From: Pelagibacteraceae bacterium AG-422-B15
Lineage (GTDB): Bacteria > Pseudomonadota > Alphaproteobacteria > Pelagibacterales > AG-422-B15
Direction of reading: 5' to 3'
Length of the DNA: 64,000 nt
NCBI GenBank assembly: GCA_905182345.1
Contig: CAJJBG010000007.1
Span: 4,011 to 68,010 of the forward strand
Position numbers and translations under genes: made by a program
The notes under the pieces: model-generated
What the model was told of the DNA's origin: nothing
What the model saw: only the letters and a program-made list of their open reading frames with translations
Database searches by the model: none
In this document: in pieces, positions 63,496 through 64,000 of the stretch
Layout: every line of letters starts with the position of its first letter
Numbering within the stretch: the stretch's first letter is position 1

Positions 63496-64000
63496 TTTTA
63501 GCTTTTTCTCTTAATTCATATTTAAGAATTTTTCCTGTAGAGGTTTTAGGAAGTTCTCCAAAAATTACTTTTTTTGGACATTTAAAGCCAGCCATTGTTT
63601 CTTTGCAGAATGAAATTATTTCTACTTCAGTTACACTGTCATTAAGATCTTTAAGTTCGATAAATGCACATGGAGTTTCTCCCCATTTTTCATCGGGCTT
63701 TGCAACCACTGCTGCAAATAATACAGAAGGATGTTTATATAGTGTATTTTCAATTTCTACTGAAGAGACATTTTCACCACCAGTAATTATTATATCCTTA
63801 CTTCTATCTTTAATTTGAATGTAACCATTATTGTGCATTACAGCCAAGTCTCCAGAATGAAACCACCCACCAGACATCGCTGTATCAGTAGCCTCTTTAT
63901 TCTTTAAGTAACCCTTCATGACACAGTTACCCTTAATCATAATCTCACCGATTTCTTTGCCATCTCTTTTTACATGCTCCATGGTCTCAGGGTTCATAAC
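63482..64000 (-). CDS. AMP-forming acyl-CoA synthetase/ligase, C-terminal part (N-terminus outside window)
   Basis: WFHSGDL, KDRSKDIIITGGENV and PKTSTGKILK motifs of the ANL superfamily. The ORF is open to the window edge. Confidence 0.85.
   Translation of the reverse strand, partial: VMNPETMEHVKRDGKEIGEIMIKGNCVMKGYLKNKEATDTAMSGGWFHSGDLAVMHNNGYIQIKDRSKDIIITGGENVSSVEIENTLYKHPSVLFAAVVAKPDEKWGETPCAFIELKDLNDSVTEVEIISFCKETMAGFKCPKKVIFGELPKTSTGKILKYELREKAKNETS

Overview
This is an AT-rich chromosomal segment, roughly 20-45% GC by local eye counts. It comes from a streamlined alphaproteobacterium: it carries a permuted two-piece tmRNA and the alphaproteobacterial dcw-lpxC-bamD-ligA synteny. A SAR11/Pelagibacterales-like marine origin is my inference only. 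Gene density is very high, with many overlapping starts and stops. I saw no rRNA, tRNA, CRISPR array, transposase or integrase. Layout: (1) 1-16.2 kb holds the cell-wall/division cluster murE-murF-mraY-murD-ftsW-murG-murC-murB-ddl-ftsQ-ftsA, then lpxC, bamD and ligA. ftsZ and recN are missing from their usual slots, and ligA carries one in-frame TAA. (2) 16-22 kb, minus strand: M24 aminopeptidase, uvrD, an RHH_4 protein and fumC. (3) 21.8-23.7 kb: a run of six small genes, five of them uncharacterised, lying directly 3' of the tmRNA gene. (4) 23.7-41 kb, housekeeping: thyX, apbC/mrp, hflKC-DUF2065-degP, miaA, ilvBNC, leuA (with a candidate Leu-rich leader ORF) and mreBCD-mrdA-rodA. (5) 41-64 kb, a more accessory mix. 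It contains an AGAT-family amidinotransferase, an aromatic-type FAD hydroxylase, two tandem tiny membrane paralogs behind a near-consensus promoter, and an amino-acid ABC importer with no ATPase gene. It also has SDRs, lpxB, recX, an MFS transporter, hisI, rpmF and a DUF1611/enolase-family (DgcN/DgcA-like) pair. A ferredoxin/FNR-flanked operon of two methyltransferases, a Baeyer-Villiger monooxygenase and an EamA transporter follows. The most unusual gene is a secreted PDZ-domain fusion to a prokaryotic pentameric ligand-gated ion channel. I found no recognisable defence, toxin or mobile system. All function calls rest on motif recognition in the supplied translations, not on database searches.
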